NCBI GenBank assembly: GCA_045863395.1
Contig: BTVJ01000033.1
Location: 19,552-83,551 of the forward strand
Direction of reading: 5' to 3'
Length of the DNA stretch: 64,000 bases
DNA from: Myxococcales bacterium
Lineage (GTDB): Bacteria > Myxococcota_A > UBA9042 > JABWCM01 > BTVJ01
The notes under the pieces were generated by a model, which saw only the letters and a program-made list of their open reading frames with translations, was not told where the DNA came from and made no database searches. Shown piece by piece: positions 34,282-43,700 of this stretch. A program made the position numbers and the translations under genes. The stretch's first letter is position 1. The number at the start of each line of letters is the position of its first letter.

Positions 34282-36693
34282 ATGAAGCAGAACACGAAGC
34301 AGGGAGCGAAGGCCGCCCAAAGCCCAAAGAACCTCGCCGGGTTGGGTATGCCGGCGTGGCTCCAGCCCCTCGCGTCGTCCTCCTTTGCACAGGGGCAGAC
34401 TCTCACCTGTCCGGCGGGGCCGACCGCGGGGGCTCCGCTGCTTCAGCCCGGGACGCAGGCGGGGTTCGCGGGGGGCGGGCTCGGCGGTGGGGGCGGCAAG
34501 GGTCTCGGGGGCGCGCCCAAGCCCGTCTCGCGGCCCGTGCTCTTGGAGCGCATGGCGCACACCTACGCCTACGAGAAGCAGGTGTCGACGGAGGACGCCG
34601 CCGCCCTCGCCGACGCCGGCTATGTGGCCTCGGCCCCTGAGCGCGGGTCCGCTGGGTTCGCGATGATGCGCTTCGTGCCGACGCGGCCGGACGCAGGGCC
34701 GCCCGTGCTGGCGCTGCGCGGCACTCACGTGACCGATGTGAAGGACATCCTTGCGGACACCTCGCCCGAGGGCGTGGGGATCTACGCGTTCTTCGCGAAC
34801 GAGGGGCTCATCGCGACCGCGTTGGCGGACCTCCAGGCACACGGTCGCCCGGAGGTCTGCGGCCACAGCTTGGGCGGGGCTCTGGCGCAGCTCACGGCGG
34901 CCCTGTATCCCGGGTACGTGTCGCACGTCACGACGTTCCAGTCGCCGGGGATTCCGCCCAAGTACCGGCAGATCCTCGAGACATGGAACAAGAAGACCGT
35001 GGCCTCGGGGGGCGCACCGGTGCTCTCCGACCACCACGTGGTGGCGGGGGACGCCGTCACGGGGAACGTCGGCGAGGCGCTCACGCCCGGCACGCTGCAC
35101 ACCTGGACCAAGAAGGAGCCGCAGAAGGGTCCGATGTCGCCTCTGCTCGCCCCGAGCATCACCGGGACGCTCATCGACGCTGTCGTGGACCCCGTCAAGC
35201 TGCACACGACTCACCCGGTGGAGGAGCACGCGACGGGGGGCGACTGGACCGAGACGCAGGCCGACTCGTCGAGCTGGAAGGGGTCGAGCGTCAAGGAGTT
35301 CACCCGCATTCTCGGGGGCAGCGTCTACCACCTCTTCGATCTGGACGAGGACGCCTACATGAGCGGGTACCCCCCGCTCCGAGACCGGCTCGTCCGGGGG
35401 GAGGCCCTCGACTCGGTGCTGAAGGACGTCCCGAGCCTCCTGGCGGACAAGGGGGTCGAGCAGCGTATCGCCGACAACCTGGCGGCCCTGTCGAAGGTCT
35501 TGAACAAGCCTGCCGGTCTGGCGGGCTCCTCGGGCCCACAGATGTGCTTGGCGCTGGACGTCACGACACGCGGTGGGTTCCTCGCGACCTTGAGCAAGCG
35601 CTACGGCCTGAAACAGGTCGCGAGCGAGTCTCCCGAGGCGGCCGTCAAGACTGCGAAGGCCGCCGGGCTGCTCCAGCAGGAGCGCCCGCACGACACCCTG
35701 ACCCGGGCGGAGTCCGCGGCGATCCTCACGCGCATCTTCGGCCTCGACTGGAGCGCCGCCGAGAAGCAGACCGCGTACTTTGCGGACCTGGTCGAGGGCA
35801 CCTGGCAGTTTGACGTGGCGCACGCCTGCCGCCGGTGGGGCATCTACCTCGGGACGAAAGAGAACCGCTTCGAGGCGGACAGGGCGATGACTCCTGGCGA
35901 GGCCGGGATCGTGCTGGACCGCATCGGAGCCCGCAAGAAGCTGACCTTCGCAGAGCAGAGCGCGCACCTCGCCGTGCCGGCGTTGCGCGAGCCCTCGAAG
36001 GTGGAGGCCATGTTGTCTGGCAAGGACCTGACTCCGGCGCAGATCGCGACGCTCCGCGAGCAGATCAAGAGCCTCCCGAAGGAGCAGCGCCCCGATGCCT
36101 ACCGGCGTCTGAACGCCCTTGTGGCGTACCGCAACCAGCGCAACAACGCGGGCGGGGTCACCATCCCCGACTGGATGTGCAACGTCACATCCCTCGCCAT
36201 GGTCCTTGAGGGCCTCGGAGTCGCGCAGGACGGCCCGGGCCAGCACGAGGACACCCTGGCGAACCGGCACCGCGACGCGGGCATGAAGGGGACCATCTTC
36301 GACGAGGCCGGGCAGAACGCCATCGCGAAGGACAAGGGGGTGACGGGCGAGCGCAAGAGCTACACGGGAGCCCGCACCGCGGCGGGAGCGAAGGCGTGGT
36401 TCCACGAGCACGTCCTGCCGCGCTTCGAGGAGGGCGCGCAGGCCACCATGTCCATCACCGCGTGGGGCGACGGTCATATCGTCCGGGTCCAGTGGGTGGA
36501 GGACCGCGGGGTGCTCGTGGACGACCCGTATGGGGGCGTGCAGAAGAGCAAGGCGGGAGGGTTCGACGGCTACGGCAAGACCGCCAACTCCACGTCCAAG
36601 GAGCGCGGCGACGGGACCTTCGGCGAGGACAACTTGTGGACGTGGGACTTCCTGGCGCGCGAGGTGAGGTACGTGCACTTCTTCACGAAGTGA
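34282..36693 (+). CDS. Multidomain protein: lipase class 3-like, SLH-like repeats, C39-like peptidase
   Basis: VLALRGT, CGHSLGGALAQ, TFQSPG; TLTRAESAAILTR and FADL...RFEADRAMT (SLH-like); CNVTSLAM...GHIVR...DDPYG. Confidence 0.7.
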   Translation: MKQNTKQGAKAAQSPKNLAGLGMPAWLQPLASSSFAQGQTLTCPAGPTAGAPLLQPGTQAGFAGGGLGGGGGKGLGGAPKPVSRPVLLERMAHTYAYEKQVSTEDAAALADAGYVASAPERGSAGFAMMRFVPTRPDAGPPVLALRGTHVTDVKDILADTSPEGVGIYAFFANEGLIATALADLQAHGRPEVCGHSLGGALAQLTAALYPGYVSHVTTFQSPGIPPKYRQILETWNKKTVASGGAPVLSDHHVVAGDAVTGNVGEALTPGTLHTWTKKEPQKGPMSPLLAPSITGTLIDAVVDPVKLHTTHPVEEHATGGDWTETQADSSSWKGSSVKEFTRILGGSVYHLFDLDEDAYMSGYPPLRDRLVRGEALDSVLKDVPSLLADKGVEQRIADNLAALSKVLNKPAGLAGSSGPQMCLALDVTTRGGFLATLSKRYGLKQVASESPEAAVKTAKAAGLLQQERPHDTLTRAESAAILTRIFGLDWSAAEKQTAYFADLVEGTWQFDVAHACRRWGIYLGTKENRFEADRAMTPGEAGIVLDRIGARKKLTFAEQSAHLAVPALREPSKVEAMLSGKDLTPAQIATLREQIKSLPKEQRPDAYRRLNALVAYRNQRNNAGGVTIPDWMCNVTSLAMVLEGLGVAQDGPGQHEDTLANRHRDAGMKGTIFDEAGQNAIAKDKGVTGERKSYTGARTAAGAKAWFHEHVLPRFEEGAQATMSITAWGDGHIVRVQWVEDRGVLVDDPYGGVQKSKAGGFDGYGKTANSTSKERGDGTFGEDNLWTWDFLAREVRYVHFFTK

Positions 36694-36871
36694 GGCGGGG
36701 CGCCACGGTTCTCTCGCCTCGCGGGGTCCGGCGGACGCGGCTCGCGGGTTTGGGCACCGGGGGCGACCTTCTCCCACCCGGTGAGGCATGAGGGCAGACT
36801 CCCGAAGTGGTCGCGGAGGTCGCCCGGAGGGGTCTGAGCAGCGAGTCGCGGCTCGACGAGGAGAAGACGCG

Positions 36872-39800
36872 ATGGCAGGCGTAACGCGAAGGTTGGTCTC
36901 AGTCGCCCTGGGAGCCGCACTGTCCTTGGCGGCGGCGTCCGGGCGAGCGGTGCCGACGCAGATCCCCTACCGCGGTGATCTGACCTACTCAGACGGGACT
37001 CCTTACGACGGCGAGGTCACCCTCTCGGTGGCGCTCTACGCGTCTGAGACCGGCGGAGCTCCGGTGTGGGGCCCGTCAGAGTATACGGAGGTGGAGGTGG
37101 AGAGCGGAGCGCTGGAGGTCGTGATGGGCGCTCCTCCCGGGCCGCCGCTGGACGCCTCGCTCCTGCCGCCCGGCGGTCTCTGGATCGAGCTGGCCGTCGA
37201 TGGGACCACGCTGGAGCCCAGACAGCGCGTGCTGTCCGCGGCCTACGCGCTGCTGGCCGGCGACGCCGAGCGCCTCGGTGGCGAGGACGCGAGCGCGTTC
37301 GCGACCCACGACGACGTCGCCGCCCAGGGCTTCCTGACGCCCGCGGCGGTGGGAGCCGTGGCCCTGAGCGGCGCCTACGCGGACCTGATGGATGCGCCCG
37401 ACCTGGGGGCCTACCTGAGGGCGGACGGCACCACCCCGCTGGCCGGGCCCTGGAGTCTGGGTGGACATTCGCTGAGCGGCGTCGTCATTGGCGGGGGCCC
37501 CGTCCCCCTGGGAGCCGCGGCGGGCCAGCTCTGGTGGGACTCCGGTGCGGCCGTCATGAAGATCTACAACGGCACGGCCTGGCTCCCCGTCAGCGGCGAG
37601 GCGGGCGGGGGCGGCATCGCCTCGGCGCTCCAGTGCTCCGGTTGTGTCGACGAGGGGGCCCTGTCCTTCGCCCTCGCGGCCGTGGCAAAGAGCGGCGCGT
37701 ACGCGGACCTGGCCGGCGCGCCGGTGCTCGCGTCCGTGGCGACGAGCGGCGCCTACGCGGACCTCTCCGGCGCGCCCAGCCTCGACGCCTACGCGACGAA
37801 GGCGAGCCTCGCGTCCGTGGCGACGAGCGGCGCCTACGCGGACCTCTCCGGCGCGCCCAGCCTCGACGCCTACGCGACGAAGGCGAGCCTCGCGTCCGTG
37901 GCGACGAGCGGCGCCTACGTGGACCTCTCCGGCGCCCCGGATCCCGCCGCCTTCGCGCTCGTCTCGGACGTGGCGCCGGTCTGCTGGTCGGGCAACTGGG
38001 CCGACCTGAGCGGAGCGCCAGACCTGGCCGCGTACCTCAGGGCCGACGGGAGCGTCGCGCTGACCGGGGACCTGGACGTGGCGGGCCATCGCCTCGTCGC
38101 CGCGGCGGTCGACTCGGGCCCTTCCCCGCCGCCTGGTCCCGCCAAGGGCCAGCTCTGGTACGACACGGGCACGAGCCGGCTCCGGGTGTGGTCAGGGGTC
38201 GCCTGGGGCTCGGCGGGCGGTGAGGGCGGGTCCACGGATCTACCTCCCGACGGGCTGGAGGCCGTCTCCAACGGCACGCTCTCGAACCTCATCGACCGCT
38301 CCTGGCCGGCGCCCGGGCTCCCGGCGCCCATCGGCGAGTCGGTGGAGGCGACCATCCTCGTCACCGACAAGGGCGTCCTGCGCGACATCACGCTCTTCGT
38401 CGCCGTCACGCACCCCTTCGTCCCGGAGCTCGAGGTCCGCCTCTTTCCCCCCGGAGGCTCGGACAGCTTCCTCCTGCTTCCTCCCAACGGCGCGATGGGC
38501 TCCTCCGTCAACCTCACGGTCACCCAGAGCACGCTGCTTCCCGGAGGCATGACCCTCGGTCTCCTCCTGGAGAGCGAGCAGCAGGGCCCATGGGTCGTCC
38601 GCGTCACGGACACCGTGATCAACGGCAACGAGGGCCCCGGCCAGCTCGTCTCCGCTTCATTGGCGCTCCGCTTTCTGTCGGACTCCGAGGTCGCCGTGCC
38701 GGGCAAGCTGGCGGTCTCCGGGACTGTGGGTGTCTCGGGGGCATTGGATGTGTCGGGCACCTTGATGGTGAACGCGGTCCGAGACTCCGCCTTCTGCGAC
38801 GGGACCAACAACGGCGCGCTCTGGATGGATCCCACGGACTGGACGCTGCACGCCTGTGTGGCAAAGGAGAAGGTGGCGATCTACTCCAGCGTGGCGACCC
38901 AACAGTGGGCACCGAACCGCAAGCACTATGTCTTCACGACCAGCGCGACGTACAGCGGCGACCTGGGTGGAGTGGCGGGCGCCGATGCCAAGTGCCAGCA
39001 GGCGGGCTCCGAGGGCTCGCTGAGCGCGTCCCTGGCCCCGGGCGCGTCGTGGAAGGCTCTGCTCTCCTCGAAGACGGAGGGAGTCAATGCCGCGGACCGG
39101 TTGGACATCGTCGAGAAGGTACTGACTCTGAAGGGCATCGCTGTAGCGAGCGGCAAGGCAGACCTGTTCGACGGCTCGATCAGCTCGAAGATTGCGGCGA
39201 GCACGGAGCTGGGCACTGACGTCTCGGGAGATGAGGTCTGGACCGGGTCGCAGACCGACGGCAAGCACCAGGGCACCGCCAACGACTGCGCCGGATGGAC
39301 CAGCGTGTCCACGTCCGCGGACGGGATGGTCGGGCTGACCAGCAGCACGAACAGCGCATGGATCGCCTACTCGAATACCACCGGGTCCTGTGCCAACCTG
39401 CGGCGGCTCTATTGCGTCTCCAGCCTCGTGGATGACTCCACGGACGCCCCAAAGGTGCACACGGGTGTGGCACCCCTCCAGGTGTGCCCGACGTCCGGGG
39501 CTGCGTGCCTTGGGAAGTATGTCTCGTCCGCGGGCACGACCAGGCAGGACGCAACCTTCTATTACGAAAAGACCACCGTGTCGACCGGCCTCGGCTCGGT
39601 CAAGGTGTACGGGACGTGCTCGAACACGCTCAAGCTCGCGACGACCACCGGGACATCCTATTACACCGGCTCAGACTGCCAGGGAAGCGAGTACACGAGC
39701 ACATCGACGAGCGCGTACGCCTACCGTGCGAGCGACGGCGTGATCTGCCACGCGACCAGCTCGACATCGATCTCGGTCGCGAGCACGAAGACCGGCGCCG

Positions 39801-39877
39801 GTTGCGTGAACACCACGACCAGCATGTCGGGCTACCTCGTGTCGGGCGACGTCAATCAGCTCTACGAGGTCCGCTGA
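36872..39877 (+). CDS. Paralogue of the DGR target (1001 aa): same N-domain, fibre repeats and P-domain-like module; DUF1554-like domain and Ser/Thr-rich tip
   Basis: IPYRGDLTYSDGTPYDG, LEPRQRVLS, WLPVSGEAGGGG, ALQCSGCVDE shared with 25730; VFTTSATYSGDLGGVAGADAKCQ...VWTGS...RRLYC. Confidence 0.8.
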   Translation: MAGVTRRLVSVALGAALSLAAASGRAVPTQIPYRGDLTYSDGTPYDGEVTLSVALYASETGGAPVWGPSEYTEVEVESGALEVVMGAPPGPPLDASLLPPGGLWIELAVDGTTLEPRQRVLSAAYALLAGDAERLGGEDASAFATHDDVAAQGFLTPAAVGAVALSGAYADLMDAPDLGAYLRADGTTPLAGPWSLGGHSLSGVVIGGGPVPLGAAAGQLWWDSGAAVMKIYNGTAWLPVSGEAGGGGIASALQCSGCVDEGALSFALAAVAKSGAYADLAGAPVLASVATSGAYADLSGAPSLDAYATKASLASVATSGAYADLSGAPSLDAYATKASLASVATSGAYVDLSGAPDPAAFALVSDVAPVCWSGNWADLSGAPDLAAYLRADGSVALTGDLDVAGHRLVAAAVDSGPSPPPGPAKGQLWYDTGTSRLRVWSGVAWGSAGGEGGSTDLPPDGLEAVSNGTLSNLIDRSWPAPGLPAPIGESVEATILVTDKGVLRDITLFVAVTHPFVPELEVRLFPPGGSDSFLLLPPNGAMGSSVNLTVTQSTLLPGGMTLGLLLESEQQGPWVVRVTDTVINGNEGPGQLVSASLALRFLSDSEVAVPGKLAVSGTVGVSGALDVSGTLMVNAVRDSAFCDGTNNGALWMDPTDWTLHACVAKEKVAIYSSVATQQWAPNRKHYVFTTSATYSGDLGGVAGADAKCQQAGSEGSLSASLAPGASWKALLSSKTEGVNAADRLDIVEKVLTLKGIAVASGKADLFDGSISSKIAASTELGTDVSGDEVWTGSQTDGKHQGTANDCAGWTSVSTSADGMVGLTSSTNSAWIAYSNTTGSCANLRRLYCVSSLVDDSTDAPKVHTGVAPLQVCPTSGAACLGKYVSSAGTTRQDATFYYEKTTVSTGLGSVKVYGTCSNTLKLATTTGTSYYTGSDCQGSEYTSTSTSAYAYRASDGVICHATSSTSISVASTKTGAGCVNTTTSMSGYLVSGDVNQLYEVR
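37727..37938. repeat. 81-bp tandem repeat (2 identical copies plus a partial third) encoding LASVATSGAYADLSGAPSLDAYATKAS
   Basis: Units start at 37727, 37808 and 37889. Confidence 0.88.
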
Positions 39878-39885
39878 CTGGCGCC

Positions 39886-40683
39886 CTACAGATCTCCGAT
39901 CCGCCGCTGCGCCCGCGCCAGCATCTCCGTCCCGATGAGCAACAGAGACGCCCGGATCGTGCGCGCCACTGGGAGCTGAGACTCTCTCTGCATGAGCGAG
40001 TGATCGATCACCAACGGAATCTCGAAGATCTTGGGCATCAAGGGCCGGAGCTTGAGGATCAGCTCCGGGACCGCCTCGAAGCCGCGGCGCGTGATGAGCC
40101 CCTCGGACCCATACCGATCAATCGCCCGCTGGAGAGTCCCGCCGCGCATCCCGCGGACCAGGTTCGTGTAGTCTCGCAGGGTGTGGATGCTGAACAGCCC
40201 AGAATACAGCACATTGGCCCCGCGGCTCAGCACCCTTCGATGGAGCGGCACCCCCCGGAAGCCCTCCTCGTCCGCCAGAGGCGTGGCCACAGCGAAGTCG
40301 TAGCCGCTCAGGATGGCCCTCACGAGCTCCGGCAGGACGCTCGCCGGCTGGGTGCCGTCGGACTCGGTGGTCAGGACCACGTCGTTCGCCCCGACCCTCT
40401 TCGCGGCGGCGACCAGCCCCGTGCGCAGCGCGCGCCCCAGGCCCTGGTTGCCGTCGTGGCGCTCCAAGACCACGGGAAGCTCCCCCATGACCGACTCGAC
40501 GATGGCGGCGGTGTTGTCATGGCTGCCGTCGTCGACGACCAGCAGCTCGTGGTCCAGGAAGCCGGCGCGGTCCAGCTCGTCGTGGACCTCGTGGAGCACC
40601 CGGGCGATGACGGCCGCCTCGTTGTAGGCGGGCAGGACGACGATGACGCGCGCAGTCTCTCTCGTGGCGGCCATGGGTGGCAC
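39886..40683 (-). CDS. Glycosyltransferase family 2 (polyprenol-phosphate mannosyltransferase-like)
   Basis: VVLPAYNE, VVDDGSHDNT, NQGLGRALRTG, RDYT. Confidence 0.88.
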   Translation of the reverse strand: MPPMAATRETARVIVVLPAYNEAAVIARVLHEVHDELDRAGFLDHELLVVDDGSHDNTAAIVESVMGELPVVLERHDGNQGLGRALRTGLVAAAKRVGANDVVLTTESDGTQPASVLPELVRAILSGYDFAVATPLADEEGFRGVPLHRRVLSRGANVLYSGLFSIHTLRDYTNLVRGMRGGTLQRAIDRYGSEGLITRRGFEAVPELILKLRPLMPKIFEIPLVIDHSLMQRESQLPVARTIRASLLLIGTEMLARAQRRIGDL

Positions 40684-40776
40684 CTCCTTGCGGCGCCGAT
40701 TCTACTCGGCGCCGAGGCGATTACCAGTGGCCACCAGAGGGCTTCCGCTCGACGGTTGCGTCGCGGTCCCTCCGTC

Positions 40777-43700
40777 TCACGCCTCCGCCACGTCGTCGGG
40801 GATCGCGATGCCCAGCGCCTTGCGCAGCGCGTGGTAGCGCGGCGCGATGGCGTAGCGCACGAGGTCGCGGGTCTTCTCTTTCACGGTGAGCTTCGACGGG
40901 GACCAGGGCTCGGCCTCCAGGCACTCGATGGCCACCTCGATGTCGTTGCACAACAGGAGGCCCGCGTGGTTGGCGGTCATCTCCACCTGGGCCTGCCAGG
41001 CCGCCACGTCGGGGCGCACTCCCGTCCGGAACAAGAGCTCCGCCTGGGGCCGCAGCGCCGCGCGGTCCGCCTCGCCCATGCTCCTCCCCAGGGCACGGAA
41101 CCAGTCCTGGACCGCCTCCGGCGCGTGAACGACCTGGTGCTCGTTGCCGGTGAGCAGCAGGTAGGCCGCCTCCAGCGCCGCCTGGAGCTGCGCCGGCGGC
41201 AGCGCCGTCGCCACCCGGTGCGGCAGGTGCAGGTACGCCATCGCCTTGCCCAGCGTGAAGCGCAGCCGCTTGCCCTTGAGGCCGTCGTGCACGTCCGGCC
41301 CCAACAGGTACGCCGGCGCCGGCATGTGCAGCCGCCGGATGCCCTTGGCCTGGGCCGCCAGGAAGAACTCGGGCTTCTCCACCCCCAGGATCTTGGGGAT
41401 GGTGCCCGCGAAGCTGCTGAAGGAGGTGCGCACCCGCAGATCCACGTGGTTGCGATCCGTCAGGCGCAGGTCGTCGAAGTTGTCCGTGTCGAAGCGCTCC
41501 GGGAGGGCCCGGTAGACCCCGAGCAGCAGCGCCCCGATGGTCGGGTCCTGGCCGTCCGCGTACAGGTGCCTGGGCCAGGTGTCCTCGGTCTTGATGACGT
41601 GGGCCACCTTGAGCGCCCCTTGCCGGTGGGCCTCGTAGTAGGCCTGCTCGTTCTCGTCCGCCTGACCGAACAGCGACAGCACGCCGCAGGCGCACCACGC
41701 CGCGTCCGCCGCCCGGGTCCGTGTATACAGGCGCCGAAGTGACCGGTACGCCTCCGCGCGCCCTCCGTCGATCTGAATGACCGTCTGGTACTCGGCGATG
41801 GCGTCGTCCACCATCGCGTCGTCCAGCTCCATGAGGCGCGCCAGGGCGAAGCGGGTGTCCGGGTCCGTCGGCTTCAGCGCGCGGGCACGCTCGAGCGCAT
41901 AGATGGCCGGCTCGATCTGCCGCACGCTCGTCAGGATCTCTGCCTGGTTGCGCAGCAGCCGGAAGGCCAGCGCCTCCTGCCCCGGGATCTCGCCGATGCG
42001 CTCCAACATGCGCTCGTAGCTCTCCGCCTGCTCCTCCCACGCCTTGCGGCGCACCAGGATGGCGTCCAGCGCCTCGAAGGCCTCGAGCCGCAGCGGGTCG
42101 TCGTCCAGGGTCTCGTTGAGGTACGCGACGGCCCGCCGGTCGTCGCGCAGGTGGTCACGGTAGATCAAGGCCAACGTGAGCCGGTGCGACCCCTTCTTCT
42201 TCGGGTCCTCCTCCAGCTCGATGAGCCGCCGCAGGGTCTCGATGGCCTCCTCGTACTCCTGGGCGTCCAGGTAGAGGCGCAGCAGGCGCGCCGCCGTCGC
42301 CTTGCTGCCCGGCAGCGCGTTCTGCGCCTGCCTGTAGGCCTCGATGGCGGCGCGGATGTCCTTCAGCGCGTCGTGGGCCAGGTCGCCCGCCTGCATGAGC
42401 ACGGCGCCGCGCTCCACCCGGTCCGGCACGAGCTTCGACAGCTCCATGCGGTAGCGCACCGACGCCGCCCAGTCCTGGAGGCGGTCGCAGGCTCCGATCA
42501 GGTCGCGGAGCACCTTCTCGTCCCCCGGAGACTGCACGTGGGCCCGCTCCAGCAGTGTCCGGGACTCCTCGGTGCTGCCCGTCTTCATGGCCAGCTCGCC
42601 CAGCGCCGTCTGGGCCCGGGAGCGCACGCCGTCGGGCAACGCCGGCAGGTCGAGGACGGCGGTCCACGCCGCGATGGCCGCGTCCACCTGCCCCGACACG
42701 GTCAGGGCCGCCGCCAGCCCCACCCGCGCGTCCACGTCGGAGGGCGTGATCGCCACCGCCCGCCCGTAGGCGTTGGCCGCCACGTCGTGCCGCAGGACCA
42801 GGTCCGCTGCCCTCCCCACGGCCGTCCACGCAGCCACCGCGCCCTCCGGGTCCGCCTCTGCGTCGACGTGGTTGGCCCACACCTGCACCAGCGGGAGCGC
42901 CCGCGCCCCCTGCGTCTGCTCCGTGTAGATGGCCGCCAGGTCCCGCGCCGCGACCGGGTGCGTCGGGTCGATCTCGAGCGCCGTCTCGTAGAGCGCGATG
43001 GCGCGCGCCTCGTCCTTCAGGTGCTGCGTCGCCACCTGCCCGGCCTCGACCAGCAGCTCCACCCGGCGCGCGTCCTCCGTGTGGCTGATGCCGTGGCTCT
43101 CCAGGAGCTGCGCCAGGCGAGACCACTGCTGACTCTCCCGGTAGGCCGAGATCAGCGCGTCCTGGACCACGGGGTCGCCGGGCTTGCGCTCCAGGGCCAC
43201 TTCGAGCACCCGCGACGCCCTCGCCGGCGCGCCGAGCTGGAGCTGAAGCACCCGCGCCTGCTCCATGAGCGCCGGGATCCCCTCCTCTCCGCCGAGCCTC
43301 TCCGCCCGTTCGCCGAGGAGGCCCACCACCTCATCCCACCGGCCGCCGTCGTGGGCCAGGTCGAGCAGCGCGTCCAGCAGCCCCGCGTCGTCCGCACCGA
43401 CTGCCCGCAGGCGCCGCAGCAGGCCCGCCCGCGCCTCCCCGTCCAGGCCCGCCTCGGCGCCCAGCTCCAGGGCGTGCGTGAGCGCCGCTCGCTCGCGGTC
43501 GGTCCCCCGAGACGCGGTGACCCTCCGCATCAGGGCGTCGCGCAGCAGCCCCGCGTCGCCGGTCGCCCGCGCCAGCTCCTCGAGGCCGTCCCACGCGGCG
43601 GTCACCTCGGGAGCCACCGTCAGCGCGTGCTCGAAGGCCGCTCGCGCCATGCCCGGCGAGCCCAGGTGAGCCGCCTGCAGCTCGCCGATGTGTACCCACA

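Noticed and set aside
38760..39877. Second VR in the paralogous fibre gene
   Set aside because: No similarity to the TR seen in its 3' region
24496..39877. Island as a prophage or IS-bounded transposon
   Set aside because: No integrase, capsid, terminase or DDE transposase, and no att sites or terminal inverted repeats recognised
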